A DNA stretch of 64,000 nt. Origin: Candidatus Obscuribacteraceae bacterium. Its GTDB lineage: Bacteria; Cyanobacteriota; Vampirovibrionia; Obscuribacterales; Obscuribacteraceae. The notes beneath the pieces were generated by a model, which was given only the letters and a program-made list of their open reading frames with translations, was not told where the DNA came from and did no database searches. This document shows, one piece after another, positions 10,723 through 21,400 of this stretch; the stretch's first letter is position 1; each line of letters opens with the position of its first letter. Position numbers and translations under genes: made by a program. The stretch spans positions 128,001 through 192,000 of the forward strand of contig JBGAHS010000006.1 of the NCBI GenBank assembly GCA_044226015.1. Reading direction: 5' to 3'.

Positions 10723-11253
10723 TTGTTTCAAGAAATAGAAACAGAGCGCTTGCTCCTACGCCGACTGCGTTCGGCTGATGCCGCTCCGATGTTTGAGTAC
10801 CGGGTAAGTCCGGACGTATGTCTGTACCAATCTTGGTTGCCGGAGTCGATTGAGGAAGTTCTATCACTTATTCGTCTTATGGAAGCACGAGAAATAAGTG
10901 AAGGATGGTTTCAGCTTGGCATTGCTCTGAAGGATGGAACCTTGATTGGTGACCTGGGCATTCACGTGCTTGAATCTGAACCCCGTATCTGCGAGTTGGG
11001 TGTTACCTTAAACCCGTTGTTTCAATCAAATGGATATGCCCTTGAAGCGCTAAGAGCCGTAATCGATTTTCTCTTTAAAAGTTGTGGAAAGCATCGAATT
11101 TACGCATCCATAGATCCACGCAATCAAAAGTCACTCATGTTGTTTGAACGATTAGGTCTGCGTAAGGAGGCTCACCATTCCAAAAGCCTCTGGTTTAAAA
11201 ATGAATGGGTTGATGACGTCATTTTTGCAATACTCGACGAGGAATGGAAATGA
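10723..11253 (+). CDS. GNAT acetyltransferase (RimJ/RimL family)
   Basis: IETERLLLRR, FQSNGYALEA, DPRNQKS..LFERLG. Confidence 0.9.
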   Translation: MFQEIETERLLLRRLRSADAAPMFEYRVSPDVCLYQSWLPESIEEVLSLIRLMEAREISEGWFQLGIALKDGTLIGDLGIHVLESEPRICELGVTLNPLFQSNGYALEALRAVIDFLFKSCGKHRIYASIDPRNQKSLMLFERLGLRKEAHHSKSLWFKNEWVDDVIFAILDEEWK

Positions 11254-11431
11254 ACCATTCCTCTGTAAACGCATCACGTTTTGAGTGTCACACTTTATCA
11301 CTGAAATTTCGTCGATTTAATTTTCCAGGTAGAAATCTGAACTGAAAAATCATTTTCGCTCTAAAAACGGCAGAAAAATTCGAGCCTGAAAATGATTTAC
11401 CGGTAATGCTTTTCGGCTTATTTGAGCGTCG

Positions 11432-11459
11432 ATGAAACATAATATACATTATGAGAAAC
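11432..11459 (-). other. XerCD dif-like recombination site
   Basis: Minus strand reads GTTTCTCATAA-TGTATA-TTATGTTTCAT versus E. coli dif GGTGCGCATAA-TGTATA-TTATGTTAAAT; lies in an AT-rich gap between convergent genes. Confidence 0.75.
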
Positions 11460-11506
11460 TGGACTAGATTCCATCTTATAGATATGAACAAGAAGTAGTT
11501 CGACTT

Positions 11507-12292
11507 CTAGTCTTCGTTTTTGTTCTGCTTCTCTTCTTCGTCCTTGCGGCGCTGTTCAGCTTCCTCTTCGGCACGCCTATCCGCATCGGCTGAGCTCTTA
11601 TAAGCAGGAATCATGTACAGAAGGCGCTTATCAACTTCACCAGGTTTTTGAATATCGACCTGCCAATTATCACGAACCCAATTCAGCCAGGGACGATGGA
11701 TCTTTGCAATCGTCTCGCCGTTGTTGTTGGTTAGCGTAAAGTCAGTTGCAAGAAACTCGACCTTTTCAGAGGTGGCAATCTTGTTTCCTTTGTCATCTAC
11801 TATTGAATAGATGGTGTGTGGATGCCACCATGATTTGAAAACCTCTTCCTGGATGCCTCCGATTGATTTGCCATTTGCATCTGTGACATCAATTTTGGTG
11901 CCCCAACTGAATATGCGTTCTTTGCCAGTGGCTTGTGTTGCACCCGCAGCATCCTTATATTCAAATGTCTTGTGCAAATGGAGCATCTTTTGATCGACAA
12001 CACCTTCCGGTTTTCCATGCTCATCTTTTATGTCGAAGGTCCATCCCCAGGAAAAAACTCGGGATGACATTGTGTGATGTTCGGGAGCTTGAGCATCCGG
12101 TTGGGACCCAGCGACTGCTTGCTTTGGCTGCTTGTCAGCTACGAGAGTGAGCTCAGGCAATGACTGTGCACTTGCGCTGCGATGTCTATCGCGCCATTCA
12201 TCAAAAGATCTACCCGCATCAGGATCCAAATGTAGAAGTGCTTGTGTACCAGCTTTCTCTGTTCTGCTCGTATCCAATGCGCGGTCGCTCAT
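11507..12292 (-). CDS. LURP-one/scramblase (tubby C-terminal-like) protein with N-terminal extension
   Basis: Repeated FSWG..F.I.D..G...G beta-strand pattern; about 70-aa disordered leader. Confidence 0.75.
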   Translation of the reverse strand: MSDRALDTSRTEKAGTQALLHLDPDAGRSFDEWRDRHRSASAQSLPELTLVADKQPKQAVAGSQPDAQAPEHHTMSSRVFSWGWTFDIKDEHGKPEGVVDQKMLHLHKTFEYKDAAGATQATGKERIFSWGTKIDVTDANGKSIGGIQEEVFKSWWHPHTIYSIVDDKGNKIATSEKVEFLATDFTLTNNNGETIAKIHRPWLNWVRDNWQVDIQKPGEVDKRLLYMIPAYKSSADADRRAEEEAEQRRKDEEEKQNKNED

Positions 12293-12510
12293 ATCCAACC
12301 CCCTATCACAATCACAACTGTCACCCACCGCTATGATTTTCGATTATCGGAAGTCGGTCTATCAAGGCGCTAATTGGGAGGAATACCATGGCCGGTGGCT
12401 TAGCTTTGTCTCAGAGAAGTTAGGCTTAATGTTTCTCTGTCCTTTCCGATTTCAACGCTATTTGGTTTAACACTGCAGAGGAATAGCTATTCGTACCCAA
12501 TTGCTTCTCA

Positions 12511-13566
12511 TCAGGTGCTTCGACTAATGTGGGTTAGGACACCACCAATGGTGATCAGACCGATGCCTATGGCTCTGGTGTTGTTGAACTTTTCTTTCAA
12601 AACAAACAGCGCCAAAAGGTACATAACAATGGGATAAATGCCTGTGATTGCGATTACATATGATGCACTGGTCTTCGACAAAGCTACGAAATATGCAGCA
12701 CCACCACCGGCGAGGCATAGTGCCGATCGACTAGCCCAAGTCCATAATCCCATATTAGTGAAATGAAGAACATTACGTTTGTAGATCGCCCATGACACAA
12801 CCAAAAAACCAACACAAGAATCGCACAGATCCTTAGTGAGATTCACAACCAGCGGGTGAGCGTCTCCAAAACAAGCAAGCTTGTCAAATATGCCTCGGCT
12901 AGCCCAGCCGATTGATGCTACGGTCACACATAGGATAGTGAGTGCGACGCTCAGTCTGGCTTTAGTTTTTTCGTCGTGGTTTACACCATGAAGCCTTTCA
13001 ATCCTCTCTGCGGAAAGATCTGATTTATTTTCCGCCATCGCTTGAAAGCTTGATTCTTCAGTCGTGATGCTTGTTGGAACGCTGGATGTCTCTGCTGCTG
13101 CCGTTTCCATTGAATCAAATTCATGACTCGATTTTCCAAGTACAAAAATTCCGACCACAGCTACGCAGCAACCCATAAGGCGAATCGGACTCAGTGGTTC
13201 GTTCAGGAAGAGCATTGCCAATATTTGGGCGATTACCGGATAACTCGCTGTTGCACCGAGAATGAGGCTCGCCTCGGCTCTGGACAATGCAAATAGATAG
13301 GAAATGGTGGAAACAAAATAGACGACTGCGCCCATGCTCTCATAAAGAATCATTTCCCGGCTTATTTTCCAGCCAGGCGAAGTAAGCGTTAGCACTACGG
13401 ACAGTGTCAAAGCAATTAGAGGTGCAAAGCAATAAACTGCAGCCATTTGACCGACAGGAGATGTATAGCCAAGAGCCTTTTTATCGCAGATTCCCCACGC
13501 TCCCCAAAAGAAGAGACAAATGACGATCATCGAATTCAATAAGATTTCGTCCGAAATGCTCGTCAT
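12511..13566 (-). CDS. EamA/DMT family transporter
   Basis: Two 5-TM repeats (WGAWGICDK / WASRGIFDK; LFLNEPLS / FVLKEKF). Confidence 0.85.
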   Translation of the reverse strand: MTSISDEILLNSMIVICLFFWGAWGICDKKALGYTSPVGQMAAVYCFAPLIALTLSVVLTLTSPGWKISREMILYESMGAVVYFVSTISYLFALSRAEASLILGATASYPVIAQILAMLFLNEPLSPIRLMGCCVAVVGIFVLGKSSHEFDSMETAAAETSSVPTSITTEESSFQAMAENKSDLSAERIERLHGVNHDEKTKARLSVALTILCVTVASIGWASRGIFDKLACFGDAHPLVVNLTKDLCDSCVGFLVVSWAIYKRNVLHFTNMGLWTWASRSALCLAGGGAAYFVALSKTSASYVIAITGIYPIVMYLLALFVLKEKFNNTRAIGIGLITIGGVLTHISRST

Positions 13567-14327
13567 TTGATCTGAGTGCTGTTAGGTTTTGGCATTGTTT
13601 TGTTTGCATGCTTGTACAAGCTCCATATGCCTTTCAATGTAAGATGAGGATCTGTCCTTTCTATGGATTTACATAAAGGTGCAAGGTATTCAGACCAACC
13701 CCCAGTAGCAATCACAGCAAGGTCGTCGCCTAATTCTGTCTTGAATATTGATATCCAGTTTTCAACAATTCCAACATGGGCTGTAACAGTGCCCCTGCAA
13801 ATTGCCCCGTAAGAGTCATAAGCTGGTTCGAGTGATTTTGCCTGTCTCGGGTCGATTATCGGAAGTTCGGGAAGTGCCTCACTTAATTTGGCACAAATTG
13901 TTCCAAGACCTAGTGTAATGAAGCCACCTTTGAATTTGCCAGCGCGAGAAGCCGCTGTGATAGTGGTGGCAGTTCCGAAATCAATCGCCACGACTGGTCT
14001 ATCTCCTTCAAACATTTCCCAGGCTGCGGCTACATCAGCAATGCGGTCTGCCCCAATTCCCTCATAAAAACCTGAGACAGGCTCATGTATTTTTGCGCTT
14101 AACTCAAGGGCAACTTGTTTGGAATTCGACTCAAGCGCAGTCCTGATATTACGACTCACATGGCTTCGTACTGAGCAGAGCACCAGCGGAAACTCCGAAC
14201 TAGCAAGCTCTTTCAGGATGCTTTCGCTATCTCTTGTTGAGCTTCTCTCGACTTGTCCGACGTCTCCCTTTTCTATTACGGCGCGCTTTATTTCACTGTT
14301 TCCGACATCAACTGCGAGAATCTTCAT
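13563..14327 (-). CDS. coaX: Type III pantothenate kinase
   Basis: AVDVGNS, GADR, IDFGTATT, IATGG, PHLTLKG motifs. Confidence 0.92.
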   Translation of the reverse strand: MKILAVDVGNSEIKRAVIEKGDVGQVERSSTRDSESILKELASSEFPLVLCSVRSHVSRNIRTALESNSKQVALELSAKIHEPVSGFYEGIGADRIADVAAAWEMFEGDRPVVAIDFGTATTITAASRAGKFKGGFITLGLGTICAKLSEALPELPIIDPRQAKSLEPAYDSYGAICRGTVTAHVGIVENWISIFKTELGDDLAVIATGGWSEYLAPLCKSIERTDPHLTLKGIWSLYKHANKTMPKPNSTQIK

Positions 14328-15562
14328 TTTGATTGTTCCGGTCCCAACTTTTGGATTGCTCCCAGAAATAGAATACTGTCCGTGGTGTCGTCAGCAATAG
14401 CGAAAATAAACGGTCTGTCAACCGTCATACTAAACTTGTCGGGAATAAATCTTGCTGTTTCAGCCTGCATCACTACAGCGGTTACGGCAGCAGCTTCCGT
14501 GCCTTCTTCGTTGACCTGTACGTATGTTTTGTGCAAGACATCTGCGATGCGAATTTTTTGTGCAGTTTCAAACATAGGTGAAAAATCAGCCTGTTCGAAA
14601 GTGAATGCACGTGTTACTCCAAGCGATTTTAGTGCATCAACCAGCCCTTTGGAATACTCAAGCGTAAACCGAGGTAAGCCCAAATAGGCTTCTGGTTTAG
14701 TGGAGAATGAACTTTTCCACTTCTTCCAATTCGCAGCGGAAAACTGCTTTATGAGCTCATCCAATGCAGTTCCGGAATCTGGAAGAAAAATGTATGCCTT
14801 GAGTCTTTTTCCAGCGTAAGGAAGTGCTACTGCCTTGAAACCTTGCCCGACATATGCACTGAGATCACCTGATAGCGACATCATTTTTACGTTATTTTTG
14901 CTGCCGTCAGCGTTATGGAAAGGCGCGTCTGAACTAAGTTCTTTCTTAAAAGGAGTATTCCATTTGCCTTTGAAATAAACAGCATTTGCGAGAATACCAG
15001 CCAGGTCGCCTGGTGGCTTGTCAATAATAGATTTGATTTTCCCTTCCGTTTTCTCTTTTGCCCAATCGTTTACAGACTGGATTCCTTCAGGCTTATTGAG
15101 GGAAACAGTCTTGCATTCTGCAGAGAAATTACTCTTGCAATCGTTGATAAAAGCCGCTTTGAACTTGAATTGAGTGTCTGCAAAAATGGCATTGGCATTG
15201 GTGAATTTGCAAACATTTGATAATGACGCGATCGATTTGTTCAATTCGGCAAAGTTATTGCTATCAGCTTTGACGCCCAAATGAAGAGCTTTCCCTAATT
15301 CAGACTTGGTATCGCCATGTGCACCATACCAGGCCATCGAGCATGCGGTAGCAATGCTGTAAGGCGAAATGAATATGTTTTTCGTCTTAGCTTCGCTTTT
15401 CTGGAGGTAATGCAAAAGGTCAAATCCAAAAGAATTTTCTGCTGTTGCGAGCTGTGATGACTCATGCGAAACGTCAGCTGACGCCATTTGTACGGCACCT
15501 CCACCGAGAAGCAAACCAGCGATCAAACAGAAAATATGCTTTGTCGCGCCCACTTTCTTCAT
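14324..15562 (-). CDS. Secreted serpin (serine protease inhibitor)
   Basis: Signal peptide, NIFISPYSI, NAVYFKGKW, hinge EEGTEAAAVT, DRPFIFAI. Confidence 0.95.
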   Translation of the reverse strand: MKKVGATKHIFCLIAGLLLGGGAVQMASADVSHESSQLATAENSFGFDLLHYLQKSEAKTKNIFISPYSIATACSMAWYGAHGDTKSELGKALHLGVKADSNNFAELNKSIASLSNVCKFTNANAIFADTQFKFKAAFINDCKSNFSAECKTVSLNKPEGIQSVNDWAKEKTEGKIKSIIDKPPGDLAGILANAVYFKGKWNTPFKKELSSDAPFHNADGSKNNVKMMSLSGDLSAYVGQGFKAVALPYAGKRLKAYIFLPDSGTALDELIKQFSAANWKKWKSSFSTKPEAYLGLPRFTLEYSKGLVDALKSLGVTRAFTFEQADFSPMFETAQKIRIADVLHKTYVQVNEEGTEAAAVTAVVMQAETARFIPDKFSMTVDRPFIFAIADDTTDSILFLGAIQKLGPEQSK

Positions 15563-16012
15563 CTAAATTCCTCTGGCATTCACCTGGAGAGTATTTTGAC
15601 GCAAATCAATTTGTTTGTAATTACATTTGTCTCTTGAAACGCTAGAAGAGGGGTGGCGTTTGCATTGGTTAACAGGATGAATTTACGTCCTGTCGTATTG
15701 TCGAGTAGTCGTCAAATCAAACCTCAAGAGTAGGAATTGTCTCCTTTTCGGATTTAAATTTTGTTTCGATCCCAGGGTAGTGCTCAGCACTATGTCTCCT
15801 TGCGGACTTCCTCAGGGTTTTGAGAAGAGCGAGGACTGCTTGGTACCTGTCTACAGAGAGATCTGTCCCAGCTTGTCGACAATACGACCATACGACATGA
15901 CGAGTGGTTAAACATAGAACAATTTGACAGTTCAATCGTTCGTATTATTGTCTAGTTCAACATACGAACAGTCATTCATTCGTGAACTCGGCAAGACCGC
16001 GTTTGAGTAGCT

Positions 16013-17524
16013 TCAACCTGAGAGCCCTTTGCCCATCCAATGTGGTCCCTTGAACCTGTTCTTCTCTCGCAACGTGTACCAGAGACTGAGCAGAAAGATC
16101 AACGCAAGCATAGTCTTTCCGGCAGTGCCACCATTGGCGATACTAATGACGGAACAGATGAAGATAGTCCAAAGTATTGCGAGCGAGTTGATAATGTGAC
16201 TGTATTTTCCGAGGTGCCATGGACCCTGCACAATTGGTGTGTCGTGACGTCCAGCCCATGAAAGGTAGACTGGTAAGGTGTATGCTAAGTAAAGGCAAAT
16301 TGTGCTTATCGATGTGACCACCGCATAAGCAGTTCCTGTCACTTCTGTTTTGTTGATAGCTGCAAGCGCCTGGTCAATACCTACTGCTCCAAGAATAGCA
16401 GCGCAAGCGATTCCAACACATCCCCAAATAGCAGCAACGGGAACATGGTGCTTCTCCTCAACTCGTTTAAAGATGTTAGAAAAGGGCAAGCCCTCATCAC
16501 GAGCGAAAGCATAAATAACTCGCGAGCATCCTGTAACTGCACCAAGCCCACAGAACCACATAGCCATTGCTGTCAAAACAGATACTATCTTGCCCATCAG
16601 AGGTCCGAGTGACTGCACCAAAATAGCGACAACAGCAGGAATACTATGACCAGCTTCGTCTGTCGCTGTAAGAACTTTGTCGAGGTCCTTTATAGACAGG
16701 GTTAATGCCAGAAGCATGATGTAACCCACGACAGTGGACACAACCACTGCAATGACCATGCCCCATGGAGCTGTGGTGCGAGCATCTACAGTTTCTTCCG
16801 AAACACTGGCACATGAGTCATAACCAGCAAGTGTCCACTGAGCTTGCAACAAACCAAGAATGAACAATCCCCAGTAAGGCAGTTTGTCACTGCTGCGTGT
16901 AACAGCTGTCGTCAAATAACTTATGTCCTGCTTGGGTGCAAACATCAACAGTGCGCCGATTATTATGACTAATCCAACGATGTGAACGGTCACACTGAAA
17001 TCATTCAGCCAGGAAACAAGCTTAATGCCATATTGATTGATTAATGCATGTGATCCCAGTAGCACCACATACAGTATCAATAAGTTCACCTGACTAGCGG
17101 GCAGCCCTATCATGGGCATTAAGAACTGTGCGCAGCCATAATCAATTCCAGCAAGCGCAGTTGTGTATCCCAGAATAATAAACCAAGCCGTAAACCAGCC
17201 CCAACCTTTCCCTCCAAGCTCGCAAGACCAGTGATACATCGAGCCCGATGTAGGTAGCGATGATGCCAGCTCTGCCATACTCAAGACAACAAACATAGTG
17301 AAGAAGGCTACGATCGGCCAACCAAGCGTCATCTCAAGCGGTCCACCCATTCGCAAACCGTAATCGTAAAGAGTGACTGCGCCTGTCAGTACGGAAACAA
17401 CAGAAAAACCAATTGCGAAATTCGAAAATCCTCCCATTGAGCGGAAGAGTTCTTGCGCATAACCAAGTTTGCCAAGCTCTGTGTCATGCATGACAGTATT
17501 GTTTTCTGGTGCCGTTTCAGTCAT
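16013..17524 (-). CDS. APC-family amino acid permease
   Basis: LGYAQELFR..GGFSNFAIGFS, AELASSLPTSG, GYDSCASVSEET; about 12 TM helices. Confidence 0.92.
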   Translation of the reverse strand: MTETAPENNTVMHDTELGKLGYAQELFRSMGGFSNFAIGFSVVSVLTGAVTLYDYGLRMGGPLEMTLGWPIVAFFTMFVVLSMAELASSLPTSGSMYHWSCELGGKGWGWFTAWFIILGYTTALAGIDYGCAQFLMPMIGLPASQVNLLILYVVLLGSHALINQYGIKLVSWLNDFSVTVHIVGLVIIIGALLMFAPKQDISYLTTAVTRSSDKLPYWGLFILGLLQAQWTLAGYDSCASVSEETVDARTTAPWGMVIAVVVSTVVGYIMLLALTLSIKDLDKVLTATDEAGHSIPAVVAILVQSLGPLMGKIVSVLTAMAMWFCGLGAVTGCSRVIYAFARDEGLPFSNIFKRVEEKHHVPVAAIWGCVGIACAAILGAVGIDQALAAINKTEVTGTAYAVVTSISTICLYLAYTLPVYLSWAGRHDTPIVQGPWHLGKYSHIINSLAILWTIFICSVISIANGGTAGKTMLALIFLLSLWYTLREKNRFKGPHWMGKGLSG

Positions 17525-17674
17525 CTTTTTTCCGCAGAAGGATTGAGTACCTATCTTAAGACAGGAGCCGTGAAAATCACTGGCTTCGCGGCGATTATCA
17601 GAAAGAAATCACATAAGAGAAAACTGCTTGTTGAAATTCCAACAAGCAGTCTAGCTAGTAATTATCAAAAACAA

Positions 17675-18385
17675 CTAGAAAGCTCTTGCGATATAGTCGC
17701 TAAGCTCCCTGTCAATTGCATTTTGACTAGCTCGCTCAGAGCCCTCGTTTTCGTACATTCGCTGAAGTGAGGCTGAAATACCGGGGGCTCCCCCTGTAAA
17801 CATGTTTATTAGAGACTTCCACTCATTGGCAAGAGTTCTGACTTTCTCACTGCTAGGGTCAGTGCCAGCAGCCATTTCGCAGCGAACTTTGTCGATGAGC
17901 ACTCTCCATTTCAGCTGAACATCAATCATTCCATCTTCACCTAATGTCTGGGCACGGCGCGAAAGCTGCTCGAGTTGTTCTTTCGAATAGTACTTCTCAA
18001 TCATATTTGTATCCTCAATTAAATCCAGTAAGTCCTCGACGTCCGGCTCTTCGCCTTTTTTCAGTACTCCAACGATTCTTTCCAATTGTGAAAGAGTCTT
18101 TTCCTTTTCCATCAACTCTGTTTTTAAGACTTTGAGATGAAGTTCCAGCGCATTCAATGGTGAACGCTCTGGAGTCTCTATCCATTGCTGGATCTGGGAA
18201 AGTGAAAATCCAAAGAGTTTCAGCGAGAGAATCTGCTGAAGCCGTAATGCGTCTTCGCTTGTGTACAAACGGTGTCCAGATTCGGTTCTGAAGGATGGCG
18301 AAAGCAGTCCGATTTCGTCATAATGATGCAGTGTTCTAACCGATATTCCCGTTCGTTTAGCCAGGTCACCAATCTTGATTTCCAT
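17675..18385 (-). CDS. MerR-family regulator with TipAS-like C-terminal domain
   Basis: IGDLAKRTGISVRTLHHYDEIGLL HTH; C-terminal GTDPSSEKVRTLANEW..FTGG. Confidence 0.9.
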   Translation of the reverse strand: MEIKIGDLAKRTGISVRTLHHYDEIGLLSPSFRTESGHRLYTSEDALRLQQILSLKLFGFSLSQIQQWIETPERSPLNALELHLKVLKTELMEKEKTLSQLERIVGVLKKGEEPDVEDLLDLIEDTNMIEKYYSKEQLEQLSRRAQTLGEDGMIDVQLKWRVLIDKVRCEMAAGTDPSSEKVRTLANEWKSLINMFTGGAPGISASLQRMYENEGSERASQNAIDRELSDYIARAF

Positions 18386-18406
18386 ACTCTGTTCTCCTTC
18401 AGTTGA

Positions 18407-18437
18407 ATCATAGAACCTGACGTAAGGTGAGGATCAA
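18407..18437 (-). promoter_or_regulatory. MerR-type promoter with 19-bp spacer and TipA-like dyad
   Basis: Minus strand: TTGATC-N19-TATGAT, with dyad CCTCACCT-T-ACGTCAGG starting at the 3' end of the -35 box, directly upstream of the merR gene. Confidence 0.85.
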
Positions 18438-18499
18438 GTAGATTTTGAATGGTCTAGCTAATTTTGGGAATATGTTTTAAAGGGTTATGAGGGAAGGCT

Positions 18500-21400
18500 T
18501 TGCAGCGACTCCATCTTACGTTAGCAGTCCTATTGTTATCACAGCTTCTGCAATCGTTGCCAGCAGAAGCTTTGACCTATGACGAAATTGTCTTATTAAC
18601 GCAGGCAGAACGAAAAGTATTCGGTTCCGTAGACAATTCTCATTCATTTGATGAACGTATAAAAGCACTAGAGTCGAACACCGGAGCCCATGCTGCAGGC
18701 TCTGAATCGAAGCGAATTCGAGCCGTTTGTGCAAAATTAGGATTGATAGCCCCTGAGCCAGTTACTCCCGCGCCGATTGCCGCAGTTACTAAGGACAAGG
18801 CTCAGAAGGAGAAAGCTCAGAAAGAGAGAGCATTGAAGGCGGAAGCCTTGCGTGCCAAAGCTAGCGAAGCTAAGGACCAGCATAGGCAAGCATTCTTAGC
18901 CATGGAACAGCACCCGAGTCAAACGACCGAAGCAAAGGCTCTTGAGCTGAAGCAGAAAAATGAACTAAGGCAAAAAATTGCAGAAGAGAACAAACGGAAA
19001 GCTGATGAAGCAAGAAAAGCTCAAGAAGCGCGAAAGGCAGAAGAACGAAAGGCTCAAGAAGCAAGAAAGGCAGAAGAGCTGAGAGTAGCTCAAGAGCAAC
19101 GAAGAGTTGAAGAACAACGGAAGGCGAGCGCTCGCGCAAAAGTCGAAGCGGCAAAATCTAAGGGGAGTGCGGGGCAGCATGCAGCGACTCCAAAGACAAC
19201 GAGCAGCGCTACAGCCAGTGCACCCGCCCTTTTGCCTGACTCAGTTACCGGTGATTCAAACCAGTCATCAACTACAACTGATGCGAGTAGGACTTCTGGA
19301 GTCAGTGAGAACCAGAATTCTGCTGGGAACCAGTCGACAGCCGCTGAGATCGGACAGAACGGGCAATCAAGCATTGGTGTCATCATTGCTGCAGTTGTGG
19401 TAGTTCTCGTTTTAGGATGCATGGGAACAGTGGTTTTCTTGTTTCTCAAAGCCGCTGGAAACAATCCGAAGGAAACAAGTTTTACCGGGGATGAGGATCC
19501 CCAAGATGAACAGTTTCCTCATAGGAGCAGACCTACTATTGATAGTGGACGAAGCCCATCTGCAAGGGCTTCAAGTTCAAAGAAGAGATTGGCATCAGAT
19601 TTTGATTCAGCTAATGATGATACTGTCAGCAGTGGCACTGCTGAGTCGCAGCTGAGTGCTGGTGTGCCTGTATTAGTTCCGCCGTCAAGCGAAGAGCTCC
19701 TGCCCGCGACTGATACCAGTCAAAGGGAAAAATTCCCGTTGTCTGCACAAGATCATTCTAGTCCCGAAAGGAATTCGTTTCCTCAGGAGGAGTTTCCTTC
19801 AGCTCAAGAACCTACGCATCCAGGTCAGTCAGCCTTCCCAGCCACACAAGGGTTCTCAGCTTCAGCACAAGGTGGGTTCTCTGCTCCGTCGCAGGGTGGT
19901 TTTCCACCAGCACAAGGGTACTCTGCTCCAGCACAGGGATTCTCTGCTTCAGCACAGGGGTTCTCTGCTCCAGCACGAGGCATGCCGGAGAGCTCTGCCT
20001 CTATGCCCGCAGTACCTGTGCACATACCTCAGGCTCAGAGCCAGACCTCCGATCCTTCATTTGATAGCGGGTTTGAAACACCTACGCCCGTTCAGCGCAA
20101 GGGCTCTGAGACCTTTTCTGTAATCGAAAGTTTGTTATCCCGAGAGAAGCAAGCTATTGACGCTAAGAAAAGTCTCGAAGAAGCAGATGTGTATGTTCCC
20201 GATAGTGCCAGTACAGAATCCATTTCTAGCTTCAAGAGCCTAAATTCTTCAACGCTTCCCGAAGAGTCCTCTGACCGCACTCCAGACCATGATTCTTCTC
20301 TGTCTTCAGCGGCAATGTCTTCTGCACCTCAGTCCATACCTACAGAAGTGATTGCTGGCGTAATGGATGCTCTGGACTCTTTGCCTGTGGCTTCGACCAG
20401 TCATCCCGCCCCCAAACATGCTGCAGGTTTCACATCAATGCAGACCGGAGCTGCATCAACAACCCACGCTACACATTCGACGCCTGAAGCCCTAGCAGCA
20501 GCTACGGAAGCGGCTAAAGCAGCGTCTACAGAAAACACACAACAGGAACAGGCGGCGCAAGCAGCCGATACCGGCAGCGGAGCAAAGGAGAAGCGTCCAT
20601 TTCCATTTGGCACTCCGAAAAATACACAGAATCCGTCTTCACGCAAAGCAGCATCGCAAGAAGACACTATCACTCTGTCTGCAGAGGAAGTAAGTGTAAG
20701 CTTGGCCGGATTAGGCGCAAAATCTGAATTCCTTGATGATATGCATAACGCCATTGGTGATGCGGAATCAGATGAACAGTTAGCCGCTTTTGCAGATGCA
20801 ATTTTGAGTACTGCTGAATCTAGTTCGCAAGTCGTTCAGAATACTATCGTTGCTTCACAGCATGAGGCAGGACAAAGCAGCTCAGTCTTGAGTGAGCAAT
20901 CTTCATCCACTTCTGGTTCTACTTCTGCTTCTGCTGCCGTAGTCGGCAATTTACGCACACCGCCGGTGCCACCAACCTCTCTGTCGAACAGTGTGCCAAG
21001 TCAAACTCCTGGTGTCGCACAGGCTCCAGCCTACGTTCCCCCACAACCAGCTAACACGCCACCGGTGCCACCAACGCCGCCTGTTCCTCCGATGCCGCCC
21101 ACACCACCAGGGTCTAGTGCGCATGCCTACCCACATGAAAGTCCTGCACATAAACCTACAAACAAGGACTTGCGAGGACTTTTCAGTGGACCTGTGAGCG
21201 AAGCAGAAACAACCTCAAATTATCAGCCCGTTGCAGAAGAACTGTTTTCTCAATCTAATGAAATGGTCAACACAGTATCGCTTGCAGAGGTCGGTAACAC
21301 CGACGCCGTCACGAATTATGCTGCCGCATCTGCTGAGACAGTGCAACCACAATTTAAAACAGTACACGATTTCATGTACGAGCAGAAAAAGCCAATTCTG

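Noticed and set aside
15717..15935. 72-aa ORF overlapping the inverted-motif region
   Set aside because: No RBS or recognisable domain; probably spurious or a decayed fragment
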